Shown: piece after piece, positions 38,010-48,639 of the stretch
How the letters are laid out: the number at the start of each line of letters is the position of its first letter
Numbering within the stretch: the first letter of the stretch is position 1
Source: Promethearchaeota archaeon
GTDB taxonomy: Archaea; Asgardarchaeota; Lokiarchaeia; Sigyniarchaeales; SOKP01
Assembly (NCBI GenBank): GCA_004524535.1
Contig: SDNY01000001.1
Span: forward strand, 1 to 64,000
Direction: 5' to 3'
Length of the DNA: 64,000 nucleotides
The notes under the pieces: model-generated
What the model saw: only the letters and a program-made list of their open reading frames with translations
Told to the model about the DNA's origin: nothing
The model's database searches: none
Position numbers and translations under genes: made by a program

Positions 38010-39341
38010 TTGTATACCGTTATTTTAGTAATTTATTTTATTCTTTTACATATCTATTTTCCACCTTTTTTATCAGCAGGAACGAAAAACGCAATTGATA
38101 CCTTCATTAGTAATCCTTTAACCTATTGGTGGTTTATATTTCCATTAATTGGACTAATCACATTATTGATCTTGATCATTTATTATGGAAGATGTTTCTT
38201 ATCTTCATTTGGGCGTGGTTATCGAACTAAAAAACCCTATAATGCTAAAATAAGTATACTAATTGCATCTAAAAATGAAAAAACATTATTAGATAGAACA
38301 TTAAATTCCATTCTCGCATCAGATTATCCAAAAGAAGACATTCAAATAATTATTATTACAAGTGGTTCAACAGATGGTACCACTGATTATTCTAACAATT
38401 TTGCCAAAGAAAATAGTTCAATTGATATAGAAGTATTATCTGAGAATCTACCTAAAAAAGGAAAACCTCCAGCATTGAATTATGGACTTAAATACGTAAA
38501 AAATGATATCGTTGTTCTTTATGATTCTGGTTGCATTTTAGAACAGAATACATTAAGAAATTTAATATCACCATTTCAAAAAGAAAAAAATAATGCAGTT
38601 ATAGGGCCTGTCCTTGTTAAAAATTGGAAGATCAATAAATTAACCAGAGCGCTTTTCCTTGACTATGCTTTTTTATCTGGTGGAGGATTATTATTTGAAA
38701 CGAAAAACAGATTAGGTAAATCTGCTTATTCATTCGGACGAAATTTTGCCGTAAGAACTAAACACTTAAGAAAATCTGGAGGATTTAACGAAGATTCAAT
38801 GACAGAAGATCTCTATCTTTCTGTAGTTCTAAATTTAGATGGGATTAAAATTCTATTTTCTCCTAAAGCAAAAGTCTATGAATATGTACCAAGTACTTGG
38901 GAGATCCTAAAAAAACAACGTACAAGATGGGTTGCTGGATATATTTATGATATGCCACAATTAATGGAAATGAAAAGCGAAGAAAAAGATGGCAAAAAAA
39001 TTATAATCGATAGAAATATGACGATGATGCTTTTAGGAAATATAGATGCTTGGATTCCAATATTCATTGGATTCGCAATATTTTTCTTTCTTATCGGCGA
39101 GTGGTATCTATTAAGTTGGTTTCTTTCCTGTTTAATCTTTCAATTTGGCTTTTTATTTAAAGCCGTACGAAAATATGGCGATAATCATTTTAGTATTTTG
39201 TTTTGGTGGCCAATAAGCGCTTATATTCACCTCTATATGTTTCTACGTCAATTCAGTTTGCCAAAAGAAATCAGCTGGGATAAAACTCCAATGATTTTAG
39301 AAAAGCAAGAAGAAGAAGTTAAAGCTCTATCGACTAAATAG
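38010..39341 (+). CDS. Membrane GT2 glycosyltransferase (processive-type motifs)
   Basis: STDGT, GKPPALN, TEDL, QRTRW and flanking TM segments. Confidence 0.88.
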   Translation: MYTVILVIYFILLHIYFPPFLSAGTKNAIDTFISNPLTYWWFIFPLIGLITLLILIIYYGRCFLSSFGRGYRTKKPYNAKISILIASKNEKTLLDRTLNSILASDYPKEDIQIIIITSGSTDGTTDYSNNFAKENSSIDIEVLSENLPKKGKPPALNYGLKYVKNDIVVLYDSGCILEQNTLRNLISPFQKEKNNAVIGPVLVKNWKINKLTRALFLDYAFLSGGGLLFETKNRLGKSAYSFGRNFAVRTKHLRKSGGFNEDSMTEDLYLSVVLNLDGIKILFSPKAKVYEYVPSTWEILKKQRTRWVAGYIYDMPQLMEMKSEEKDGKKIIIDRNMTMMLLGNIDAWIPIFIGFAIFFFLIGEWYLLSWFLSCLIFQFGFLFKAVRKYGDNHFSILFWWPISAYIHLYMFLRQFSLPKEISWDKTPMILEKQEEEVKALSTK

Positions 39342-39343
39342 CC

Positions 39344-40213
39344 TTAATACATTACTTTATTATATTTCTTCTTTTTTTTGAACGACCTGTCGAAGATTGA
39401 TTTTCTATTATCTTTTTTCCATTTTAAACGATTACGCCAGCGTTCAATAGCTTCCAAAGGAAATCCAAGATTCTTTTTGCGCAGAAAAAAATTAAAAAAA
39501 CCAAGTAAAAGAAAAGCAATAATCACACTAAGAGCTAGTAGTACAATATCAATTACAAAAATTTTTATATAGCTTAAGTAAAAATAAAGAAAATAAATAG
39601 AAATTAATGTATTTGATAATAATAGAATATGCATTAAGTCTGTCATTTTATTGGTTTTAAATTTTTTTCTTTTGCTTATCCCATGAATCCCAAATTGGAA
39701 ATTTATAAAAATTGTAAAAAAGGCGAATATATATAGAATTAACGAAATTTGAGAAATCAAACACGAAATTTGATAATAATACGAAAAAGGAAAAAGTGGA
39801 GTTAGATATATAAAATAACGCTCTTTATAGATGGAAAAATGATAGAGAAAAATGTTTATCATTGCAAAATCGATCGCAATAGCACAAACCGGAGCGGTTT
39901 TTGCTGGATTTGAATCAAGCACATGAAGTAAAAAAATAAAGACATACATAGAAAACATAGCTAAGAAAAGATTCAAGAATAAAAGAGTTGAGAATGACAT
40001 TGAAAAAACAATTTCTTCTATTGATGGAATATCTGTTCTAGTAGGTAACCTAGGATCGGAAAACTTTGGGTGAAGATAAACCTCAAGAAACCAGGAAAAT
40101 TCAAGAAAAATCATAAAAATTGTTAATGTCAGAAATAATTGAACCTGAAATATAAAAGCAGTCCAATTTTTTACTTTATTTTTTTTTTTAGAGCTAATAT
40201 TTTCCTTTTTCAT
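39344..40213 (-). CDS. Hypothetical polytopic membrane protein
   Basis: About six hydrophobic segments. Confidence 0.6.
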   Translation of the reverse strand: MKKENISSKKKNKVKNWTAFIFQVQLFLTLTIFMIFLEFSWFLEVYLHPKFSDPRLPTRTDIPSIEEIVFSMSFSTLLFLNLFLAMFSMYVFIFLLHVLDSNPAKTAPVCAIAIDFAMINIFLYHFSIYKERYFIYLTPLFPFSYYYQISCLISQISLILYIFAFFTIFINFQFGIHGISKRKKFKTNKMTDLMHILLLSNTLISIYFLYFYLSYIKIFVIDIVLLALSVIIAFLLLGFFNFFLRKKNLGFPLEAIERWRNRLKWKKDNRKSIFDRSFKKKKKYNKVMY

Positions 40214-40352
40214 TTGTCTTATTCAGCTTGATATTAAAAGAAAAAATTAAACTTTCATGATTTCTATATTAATATTAAGTAATTCTATATTTTTAAAAAT
40301 TAATCAATATTGAATTTTTTTAAATCTCAAAATAGTAACCATTAAACTTCTC

Positions 40353-41687
40353 ATGATTTATGACCATATTCCTGATTTTCTTTATAATCTTATATTAAAT
40401 GATCAATTGCCTAAAGAATTAAGAAAAAAATATTTCGATTTCAAATCACATCAAATTTCAGATAAGAAATTTTGTGAAGATTTACTCAAACAATTAAAAT
40501 TGTCATATAACAATTGTAATTATTATCAAGAAAAACTCTGTAAGAAGTTCGATTATACGCTTCCTGAAGATTTAACCATTGGGAATTTAGAAAAAATCCC
40601 TTATATCCCGTCTAATGACTATAAAAAATCAGTAAGTCGAAATTTAGAACTGTTAAAAGCCTCCCTTGATGAAATAGTGCTATTTTCTTGTTCCTCCTCA
40701 ACGACTGGCATTACTTCAATAATTCCTCGAACATTAGAAGATTTCGACCAGATCCAATATAATGCAGTTAAAACTTATTCAGAATTTTTTAATTGGAAGG
40801 AAATAAAACCAGAACCTTATAAAAGAGCAATAATCTTTAATTTTTCGCCTGACAGATTCTTTTTATCAATAATGACAAAGAAAAATTCTAAAGGATTTGA
40901 ATATGTTGATAAAACTCGTTATTTCTCATCTTGTATTAATAAACCATTTGAATATTACGCACATGTAGAATATATGATAAAAATTAATCTACTCGTATCG
41001 ATACGGACATTCTTATCAACTTTATCAGTAAGAGGGGGCTTTGTTATGGATGTAAGCAAAATGCTCAAAATAATTAAAAAAGTTCTAAAAACGGGAAAAT
41101 GGGAGAAGAGAGGAGTTAATAAAATTCTTTTTAATGGAAACCCTGCTTTAATGAATTATATGTTTGAAAATCGATTATTAAGAGAGAATATTTTTTTTGA
41201 CCTCGATGAAATATCTTATGTTGGATGCAGTGGTGGAGGATGGGATGGTGTTAAAGGGGAAGTTAAGTTAGATGCAGTAAATAAAACTCGATTTATTGAA
41301 AATTATGAAAAAATCTTTAATATTAGATCTAAGAATATAAGAGACATTTATTCACTCGCAGAAGTGCCGACTATTTTCGGAGGGCACTGGTCTGAAAAAT
41401 ATCAAGATTTTCTATTCCATTGTCCCGATACTACTCGAATTATTGTAAGAGATTTAGATAAATTAGAGCCTGTCAATGAAGGTGAAGAAGGATTATTAGA
41501 AGTTATTACACCATATGGTGTTAATGGATCAATAAATCAAGCCTTACTTGTTGATGATATTGTTGAGATAATTTCAAAAAAGAAGTGTCCAGAATGTGGA
41601 TACCAGGGAGCGGTTTTTCGAATAATAGGAAGACTGGAAAATGCCCAAGGAAAATGTTGCTCCTCCTTAATAAATTGGAGCTATTAA
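40353..41687 (+). CDS. LuxE-like acyl-protein synthetase
   Basis: IPYIP...K, SSSTTG, GGGWDG, DIYSLAE, EGLLEVITPY, DD...IIGR...GKCCS. Confidence 0.75.
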   Translation: MIYDHIPDFLYNLILNDQLPKELRKKYFDFKSHQISDKKFCEDLLKQLKLSYNNCNYYQEKLCKKFDYTLPEDLTIGNLEKIPYIPSNDYKKSVSRNLELLKASLDEIVLFSCSSSTTGITSIIPRTLEDFDQIQYNAVKTYSEFFNWKEIKPEPYKRAIIFNFSPDRFFLSIMTKKNSKGFEYVDKTRYFSSCINKPFEYYAHVEYMIKINLLVSIRTFLSTLSVRGGFVMDVSKMLKIIKKVLKTGKWEKRGVNKILFNGNPALMNYMFENRLLRENIFFDLDEISYVGCSGGGWDGVKGEVKLDAVNKTRFIENYEKIFNIRSKNIRDIYSLAEVPTIFGGHWSEKYQDFLFHCPDTTRIIVRDLDKLEPVNEGEEGLLEVITPYGVNGSINQALLVDDIVEIISKKKCPECGYQGAVFRIIGRLENAQGKCCSSLINWSY

Positions 41688-41757
41688 GGGAGCTCTATTT
41701 TGATAAGATTAATAATAACAAAATAACTATTAAGGTTAATTAAGGAGTATATTAATA

Positions 41758-43203
41758 ATGAAAATCAATCTCATTAACGCTGCGCCTTCAAAGATTAAGG
41801 ATGGTCAATTTGAGACATTATTTTATGCTTCTGCTCCTCCTTTAGGATTATTATACCTTGCTACATATTTAAAAGATAAAGGTCATAAAATCTCTATTTT
41901 AGATCAAGCAGCTGTTAATTATGAAAATAGTGATGTAATTGACTGGGTCAAAAAAGCAGATCCAGATGTAGTAGGGTTTTCAGTTATCTGCGCATCTATA
42001 GATAATACTAAAATAATCTCTAAAACATTAAAAAGTTGGAATCCAAATCTGAAAATCATTTTTGGTAATTATCTCTCAACATTCTATGCAAGAAAAATCT
42101 TAGAAAACTATGACTGGGTAGATATTTGTGTGAGAGGGGATGGTGAAATGATATTTTCAGAGCTTATTGAAAAAATCGAATTGAATAATGATTTCAATGA
42201 AGTCGATGGAATAACGTACAAGTACAATAGTAAAATTAGAGAGAATCAGAATCGTCGATTATTAAAAAACCTTGACATATTACCGTTTCCTGATCGTAAA
42301 TTGATCCCAAATATCTATAAGAATCGAATCGGTGGAATTGATGTTTCACCACGAAAATTTACTACGATGGTTTCTTCTCGAGGATGCCCTTTTGGATGTA
42401 ATTTCTGCGCATGTACAGCATTTTCTCAAGGCGTTTGGAGAACTCGATCTGTAAATAATATCTTTGAAGAGATTTGTGAATTATCAAATCAAGGTTTTCA
42501 AGAAATACTTTTTGTTGATGATAATTTCACATTGAATATGAAAAGAATCGTCGAGCTATGTAATAAAATTATGAAAGAAAAACTGGATATGGTATTTGTA
42601 TGTGATGGAAGAGTAAACAATAGCTCTATTAATTTACTAAGAACTATGAAAAAAGCAAAATTTGAAATTATAATGTTTGGATTAGAAAGTAGTTCTCAAA
42701 GAATGTTAGATTTTTATAATAAAAGAATAACACCACAGATGAGCAAAACTGCTGTAAAAAATGCGCGTAAAGCGGGTTTTAAGATGATAGTTGGGTCATT
42801 TATGATTGGTGGATTTGATGAAACCTATACTGAGGCAATCAATACTCTTAGATTTATTTCAAAACTCGATATTGATTTCCCTCATATAATTTTTACTCGA
42901 GCATTACCTGGAACTCAACTTTTTAATAGTATGATTCAAAAAAATATTATTGATGAAAATCAATATTGGGAAAGGGGCGTAGATTTAATTGATTTACCTG
43001 GAGCAAAAATGAAACGGGACGTAATTTTTAAAATAATAAAAGAACAATTCCATCTAAATTTTTTCAGACCTAAATATTTAGTTAAGGCTTTATTACGAAC
43101 ATTAACAAGTAAATATAGACAAGAAATGTTTTCAAGTCATCTAAATTTTCGTGATATAGATAAATTTATTAAATTAATCAATAATCCACCTGATTTATTT
43201 TAA
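41758..43203 (+). CDS. B12-binding-domain radical SAM enzyme
   Basis: PPLGLLY, RGDGE, SRGCPFGCNFC, DDNF, GLES. Confidence 0.9.
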   Translation: MKINLINAAPSKIKDGQFETLFYASAPPLGLLYLATYLKDKGHKISILDQAAVNYENSDVIDWVKKADPDVVGFSVICASIDNTKIISKTLKSWNPNLKIIFGNYLSTFYARKILENYDWVDICVRGDGEMIFSELIEKIELNNDFNEVDGITYKYNSKIRENQNRRLLKNLDILPFPDRKLIPNIYKNRIGGIDVSPRKFTTMVSSRGCPFGCNFCACTAFSQGVWRTRSVNNIFEEICELSNQGFQEILFVDDNFTLNMKRIVELCNKIMKEKLDMVFVCDGRVNNSSINLLRTMKKAKFEIIMFGLESSSQRMLDFYNKRITPQMSKTAVKNARKAGFKMIVGSFMIGGFDETYTEAINTLRFISKLDIDFPHIIFTRALPGTQLFNSMIQKNIIDENQYWERGVDLIDLPGAKMKRDVIFKIIKEQFHLNFFRPKYLVKALLRTLTSKYRQEMFSSHLNFRDIDKFIKLINNPPDLF

Positions 43204-43229
43204 GGAGTAATTTATTGAGTGAGATATAA

Positions 43230-44735
43230 TTGAAAATTGCATTAATTAATCCAAGTTTAGAGGAAAAGATCTATTCTCCGTGGCCTCCTTTAGGGATCCT
43301 TTATTTAGGAACAATATTAACAGAGAATGGGTTTACAGTTGAATTATTAGATGCGGCAGCAAAGTTTTATGGAAAAAATGATGTATTAAACTGGATTAAA
43401 CGGGTAAAACCCGATATAGTTGGTATATCCGTCTTTACAGTAGCATTTTTACCCGTAATTAATCTAATTAAAGTAATCAAAGACTGGAATCCTTCTATAA
43501 TAATCGTGCTGGGGCATTATCACCCTACTATGGAGGCAGAGAATATACTTCGCAAATATGGGGATTATGTTGACTACTGCGTGAGAGGGGAAGGAGAATA
43601 TACCTTTTTAGAATTATGTGAATTTTTAGATAAGAATATTAATAATTTACCAAATGATATTAAGGGGCTTGCGTTTCAATATTCTAATAAGAAAATTATC
43701 TTAACTCCAGATGCTCCTTTAATAACCGATTTAGATGATCTTCCTTTTCCAGATAGAAAATTACTTGATTTTAATTATAAATGGAATTTTTCTGGATTTG
43801 AATTTTCAAAATCAAAGATTACTTCAATCATTTCTTCTCGAGGGTGTCCATTTAATTGTTCTTATTGTGCGTGTACTAAATTTGCAAAACGCCGATTTCG
43901 ACCAAGAAGTCCTGAAAATATAGTAAATGAAATACTTTTAGTAGCAGATCAAGGGTATTCGCAAATAAACTTTGTTGATGATAACTTCACTTTACAACCA
44001 AAAAGAACAATAAAGATTTGTCAATTAATAAAAAAAGAGAAAATTGATATTTACTGGCATACGGATGGTCGAGTTGACCAAACTTCTCAAGATATGTTGA
44101 AACAGATGAAAAAAGCCGGATGCAAATCAATATGGTTTGGATTTGAAAGTGCAAATCAGCGGATACTGAACCTCTATAATAAAAGAACTAAAGTGTCTCA
44201 ATTCTATGAAGCTATTCGTAAAACACGGAAAGCAAATATTGAATTAATTGTTGGATTATTTATGCTTGGCGCTCCCACAGAGACGATTGCTGAAGTTAAA
44301 AATACAATAAAATTTGCTGTAGATTCTGATATTGATGTTCCCTTTTTCAATGTTGTTGAGATTTTTTCAGGAACAAAATTTTGGGATGATTATAATTCTA
44401 ACGGAATAATTAATCAATATGATAACGTAAAAGCTTTAGTAGGTACAGAAATCCAAGAAGCCGAACGATGGGAAACAACAACCAGAGTGATGGATTTCCT
44501 ATTATCTCCAGAAGAACGAGAAAAAATGTTAATTGAAATCCAAAATGCATACCAAACATTTTTTTCTTTTGAGAGAAAGATGATATTTTTATGGAAGATG
44601 CTCTATAGAACAGTAAGAAGTAAATTTATGCTAAATATGGCATATAACATTGTGAGAAATTTTAAAGAAGCTTTTGGAGCTATATCAGCATTCAGGAATT
44701 CTAAACCTCGAGGTTTTGGGACATATGATGAGTAA
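43230..44735 (+). CDS. B12-binding-domain radical SAM enzyme
   Basis: PPLGILY, GHYHPT, RGEGE, SRGCPFNCSYC, DDNF, GFES. Confidence 0.9.
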   Translation: MKIALINPSLEEKIYSPWPPLGILYLGTILTENGFTVELLDAAAKFYGKNDVLNWIKRVKPDIVGISVFTVAFLPVINLIKVIKDWNPSIIIVLGHYHPTMEAENILRKYGDYVDYCVRGEGEYTFLELCEFLDKNINNLPNDIKGLAFQYSNKKIILTPDAPLITDLDDLPFPDRKLLDFNYKWNFSGFEFSKSKITSIISSRGCPFNCSYCACTKFAKRRFRPRSPENIVNEILLVADQGYSQINFVDDNFTLQPKRTIKICQLIKKEKIDIYWHTDGRVDQTSQDMLKQMKKAGCKSIWFGFESANQRILNLYNKRTKVSQFYEAIRKTRKANIELIVGLFMLGAPTETIAEVKNTIKFAVDSDIDVPFFNVVEIFSGTKFWDDYNSNGIINQYDNVKALVGTEIQEAERWETTTRVMDFLLSPEEREKMLIEIQNAYQTFFSFERKMIFLWKMLYRTVRSKFMLNMAYNIVRNFKEAFGAISAFRNSKPRGFGTYDE

Positions 44736-44793
44736 AAGTATTGCATTTCATTATTAGAGATTATAATAGAAAACTTAATAATAATAAAAAAAA

Positions 44794-46233
44794 ATGAAGA
44801 TTGCTTTAATTTTTCCAGTTCCAATGGATCTGCAACGAGAAGATCCAAGGCCTATGTTTTCAAGTTTTGCTGAACCTCTAGGATTATTATATATCGCGGG
44901 GGTTTTAATGGAGCATGGATATGATGTATCGATTTTAGATCATGGAGCAACAAATTATACTTTCGAAGATGTATTAAATTGGATAAAAAAACAGAATCCG
45001 GATATTCTAGGTATTTCTGTTCTAACAAGATCTTTTCAATCTGGAATAACAATAGCGAAGTTAGCAAAAGATTGGAATCCAAGTCTTACTATAATTTTAG
45101 GTAATTATCAAACTGTCTGCGCTGAAAAGATATTAAATAAGTATAATTTCATAGATTTTTGTGTTCGAGGTGAAGGTGAATACACAATGCAAGAATTATT
45201 ACCTTTGATTCGAAAAAATAACACCGATTACGAGAGTATTAAAGGAATCTATTATAGAAAAAATGGAATTGTCAAATCAACTATGCCTCGTGTATTAGAA
45301 AAGGATCTTGATAGGTTTCCAATTCCAGACCGTACATTAATTAAGGGAGCTAGATACAAGATGTCTATGGGAGGATTAGAGCTTTCTAAAGCAAAATCGG
45401 GAACTATTATGATGAGCCGAGGATGTCCTTATCAATGCCGGTTCTGTTCAGTTAATCATGAGAGTTGGCGACATAGATCAGCTGATAATGTTATTCAAGA
45501 ATTACATCTCTTGGAATCTCAAGGATATCGAGAAATTATGATTATGGATGATAATTTTACCATAAATCCCAAATGGGTAATTGAAATATGTAAAAAAATT
45601 ATAAAAGAAAAAATCGATCTTATTTTTCATTGCGAAGCCAGAATTGAAGGAACTAAGGAAATGTATGAATATATGAATAGGGCTAATGTTAAGACTATTT
45701 TTTATGGAATGGAGAGTGGTAGTCAACGTGTATTAGACTATTATCAGAAAAACATAACCCCTTCTCAAAGCAAATTGGCGTTAAAAAAAGCCCGTAGCGC
45801 TGGTATTGATATGCTATTTGCTTCATTTATCATTGGGGCGCCTATCGAAAAAATTAGTGATATACAAAAAACTGTAAATTTTGCGCTAAATTTAGATATT
45901 GATTATGCTATGTTTCACATATTTGAAGTGTTTCCTGGTATTCAAATATGGGATGAATTAGTTGAACAAAATAAGGTGGACGAGGAAAAACACTGGGAAA
46001 CTGGCGTTCGAGTAGCTGAGCTTCCATTTTATAATATCGAACTGGAATTTTTAATAGATGTAATAAGAAGAACATATAGAAAATTCTATTCAATATCAAG
46101 ACCAAAATTTCTTTTCACACAATTTCTTAGGTCATTAAAAAGTCAATATCGTCGTAATAAATTGAGAGATTTCGGTAAAGATTTTCGATCTTCCATAAGG
46201 ATGTTGGATTCTTTGAGCGAAAAACGATTTTAA
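44794..46233 (+). CDS. B12-binding-domain radical SAM enzyme
   Basis: EPLGLLY, RGEGE, SRGCPYQCRFC, DDNF, GMESG. Confidence 0.9.
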   Translation: MKIALIFPVPMDLQREDPRPMFSSFAEPLGLLYIAGVLMEHGYDVSILDHGATNYTFEDVLNWIKKQNPDILGISVLTRSFQSGITIAKLAKDWNPSLTIILGNYQTVCAEKILNKYNFIDFCVRGEGEYTMQELLPLIRKNNTDYESIKGIYYRKNGIVKSTMPRVLEKDLDRFPIPDRTLIKGARYKMSMGGLELSKAKSGTIMMSRGCPYQCRFCSVNHESWRHRSADNVIQELHLLESQGYREIMIMDDNFTINPKWVIEICKKIIKEKIDLIFHCEARIEGTKEMYEYMNRANVKTIFYGMESGSQRVLDYYQKNITPSQSKLALKKARSAGIDMLFASFIIGAPIEKISDIQKTVNFALNLDIDYAMFHIFEVFPGIQIWDELVEQNKVDEEKHWETGVRVAELPFYNIELEFLIDVIRRTYRKFYSISRPKFLFTQFLRSLKSQYRRNKLRDFGKDFRSSIRMLDSLSEKRF

Positions 46234-46238
46234 TTTTG

Positions 46239-46709
46239 TTAATAATGAGTGATAAGTACTGTACACAGTCCTATTGCATTTAAAATAATCCCAAATATTC
46301 CAAGAACGCCTCCCTCATCTCCTGCCTTTTTAATATATCCTTTTGAAAGAATTCCTAAAGTTAATCCTCCACTATGAAGTGTTATCATCACTGTCAGAAC
46401 AGTAGCTCTCCATCGATAATATTTCAGTGTCCATAAATCTGGTCTTGTAAGTAGAAATATTGGACCAATTAAAATTAAACTTAATAATCCTATAAGAAAA
46501 GATGATATTGCAAAGAGAGAATACAATGTTGAATAGAACCCTCCTTTCTTGTAAGACATCTGGTACAGTGCACTAGCTTTTGATGTATTTTGGGTGCTCT
46601 CAGGTCTTATTTGAGGAAATATAGAAGAGATTAGATTTTCTTTACCACAGTTATGGCAAAACTTCTGATTTGGATTATTTAATTCTGTACCACAATTAGC
46701 ACAATACAT
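46239..46709 (-). CDS. Zinc-ribbon membrane protein
   Basis: MYCANCG...FCHNCG followed by three TM segments. Confidence 0.75.
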   Translation of the reverse strand: MYCANCGTELNNPNQKFCHNCGKENLISSIFPQIRPESTQNTSKASALYQMSYKKGGFYSTLYSLFAISSFLIGLLSLILIGPIFLLTRPDLWTLKYYRWRATVLTVMITLHSGGLTLGILSKGYIKKAGDEGGVLGIFGIILNAIGLCTVLITHY

Positions 46710-46820
46710 ATTTGCACCTCTTTAATTGATTTTTGTAAAAAAAAAACCAATTAAATCTTCAATTCCATATTAAAAAATTTCATATTTATACTAATAAATT
46801 TTGATGATATTATATATAAT

Positions 46821-47351
46821 CTATAAAAAGAAACCTAGAACTATAAAGGCACCGCCTAAAGATATACAATTTAAAACAATGCCAAAAATTAAAAAAACAC
46901 TTCCGACCTTCTCTAAGGGATTGTTAGGTTCAAGTTCTATTGCTTTTTTACTAAATACTTTTGATAAAATCCCTAATATTAATCCAACTCCATTAATTAT
47001 CAGAATTACAATCCCTATTATAATTATTGTAGCAAAATCAATTCTATAATAATTACGAGAGATTAGAGATAATATTAAATAACTCAAAACGTTTGCACCT
47101 AAAATAAAGGTGATTACTACTAAAACAATAGAAACAATTGATAATACAAAACATTTAATTGAATAAGGCCCTGGTCTATCTTGATTAACAACTGGTTTTT
47201 CCATGCTAATTGTTTGTTTTGGTATTGCTGCTGGTATATATCTAGCTTGTACTTGAGGTGCTCCAGAAGTTAATTTAATTCTATATCCACAGCTATAGCA
47301 GAAATTTTGATTAGAAGTTTTTATTTCTACGCCACAGTTAGGACAAAACAT
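46821..47351 (-). CDS. Zinc-ribbon membrane protein (paralog of the neighbour)
   Basis: MFCPNCG...FCYSCG followed by three TM segments. Confidence 0.75.
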   Translation of the reverse strand: MFCPNCGVEIKTSNQNFCYSCGYRIKLTSGAPQVQARYIPAAIPKQTISMEKPVVNQDRPGPYSIKCFVLSIVSIVLVVITFILGANVLSYLILSLISRNYYRIDFATIIIIGIVILIINGVGLILGILSKVFSKKAIELEPNNPLEKVGSVFLIFGIVLNCISLGGAFIVLGFFL

Positions 47352-47466
47352 AATTTAATCTCTAAAATAATTTTTTATTATTCAAATTGGATTTAATTAA
47401 TAATATAACTTTATATTTTTAAATTTTAATGTCAGATCAAAAATCTGGAGATATTATTAAATAGTC

Positions 47467-48561
47467 TTAAAATTTCTTATCAACTTCTTCCTTTTCTGAT
47501 TCAGTTAGTTGTCGCACTACTTTAGCGGGAGAACCAAAAGCAATTGAATATGGTGGAATATCCTCAGACACAACTGAATTAGATCCAATAATCGATCCTC
47601 GACCAATGGTAACACCAGGTAATACAAGTGAATAAGCACCAATTCTTGCATTTTCACACACTTTAATAGGTCCGAAACTGAAGCTTCCATGTTTTATATG
47701 CATTGCATTATGAGTTAATAGTTTTACACCAATCCCACATCCACTACCATCTTCAAATTCAATTAATTCAGGTAAAAGTGGATCAGGTATAGCCTTTTGA
47801 GAAATATGGCAATTTCTTCCGATTTTCATCCCTAAAAATCGAAATAATTTGTTTCTAGCACGTGGCCACCCAGCTAAATAGGTGACAAGTAAGGAGAATA
47901 AATGATTAAATGCACCCCTTACAAACCATGAAACAGAAAAACCCCTACTCTGTAGGTATTTTGCAATGATTAACATTGGGATAGGTGTGAAGAGATATTC
48001 ATCAGTTTCAATATTAACATATGTTATTTTCCCCTTAACTTCAATTTCAAATTTAGGTCTTTTATGCTTCCAAATTTTTTTCGCTTTGTTCAAATCCTTC
48101 AAAAAGATATAGAAATCCACTATTACTATGATTAGGATTAAACTCAATACAAAATTGATAGGTAAAAAGAGCAAACATAACATTAGCCTTGTATTAAGAG
48201 CTAGATTTTTATTAAATAATATACTAAAATGGGCATAATAAATTACAAAGAAGGTAACTACTACAAATCCTAGCAAACTGGAGACATATATTCGTGAACC
48301 AAACAATTGCTTTGATTTTGCGATGTTATATCCTAAAACATAAAATAGAAGAAAAACTGCATAAGCAATAATAACACCCCCATATATAAACATACTATAT
48401 TCATAGAAAACAAATGATAACCCAAATACTATATAAATATAAATTTCATCCATCCATGTAATTGAAAAGAATATTCGATGTATTACAAGCAGAATAACAA
48501 ATATAACGTTGGAGAGTAACAATAGAAATGAAATAATAAATCCTTTCTTCATATTTTCCAA
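47467..48561 (-). CDS. Membrane-anchored hexapeptide-repeat (LbH) acyltransferase
   Basis: Four N-terminal TM segments; GMKIG...LLTH...IGAYSLVLPGVTIG...GSPAKVVR. Confidence 0.85.
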   Translation of the reverse strand: MENMKKGFIISFLLLLSNVIFVILLVIHRIFFSITWMDEIYIYIVFGLSFVFYEYSMFIYGGVIIAYAVFLLFYVLGYNIAKSKQLFGSRIYVSSLLGFVVVTFFVIYYAHFSILFNKNLALNTRLMLCLLFLPINFVLSLILIIVIVDFYIFLKDLNKAKKIWKHKRPKFEIEVKGKITYVNIETDEYLFTPIPMLIIAKYLQSRGFSVSWFVRGAFNHLFSLLVTYLAGWPRARNKLFRFLGMKIGRNCHISQKAIPDPLLPELIEFEDGSGCGIGVKLLTHNAMHIKHGSFSFGPIKVCENARIGAYSLVLPGVTIGRGSIIGSNSVVSEDIPPYSIAFGSPAKVVRQLTESEKEEVDKKF

Positions 48562-48639
48562 TATCTGATGATCGATTTAAATATTTTGTAGAATAATAAG
48601 AAATCATCTTCTAATAATAAATATATTTTTCATTCTCAC

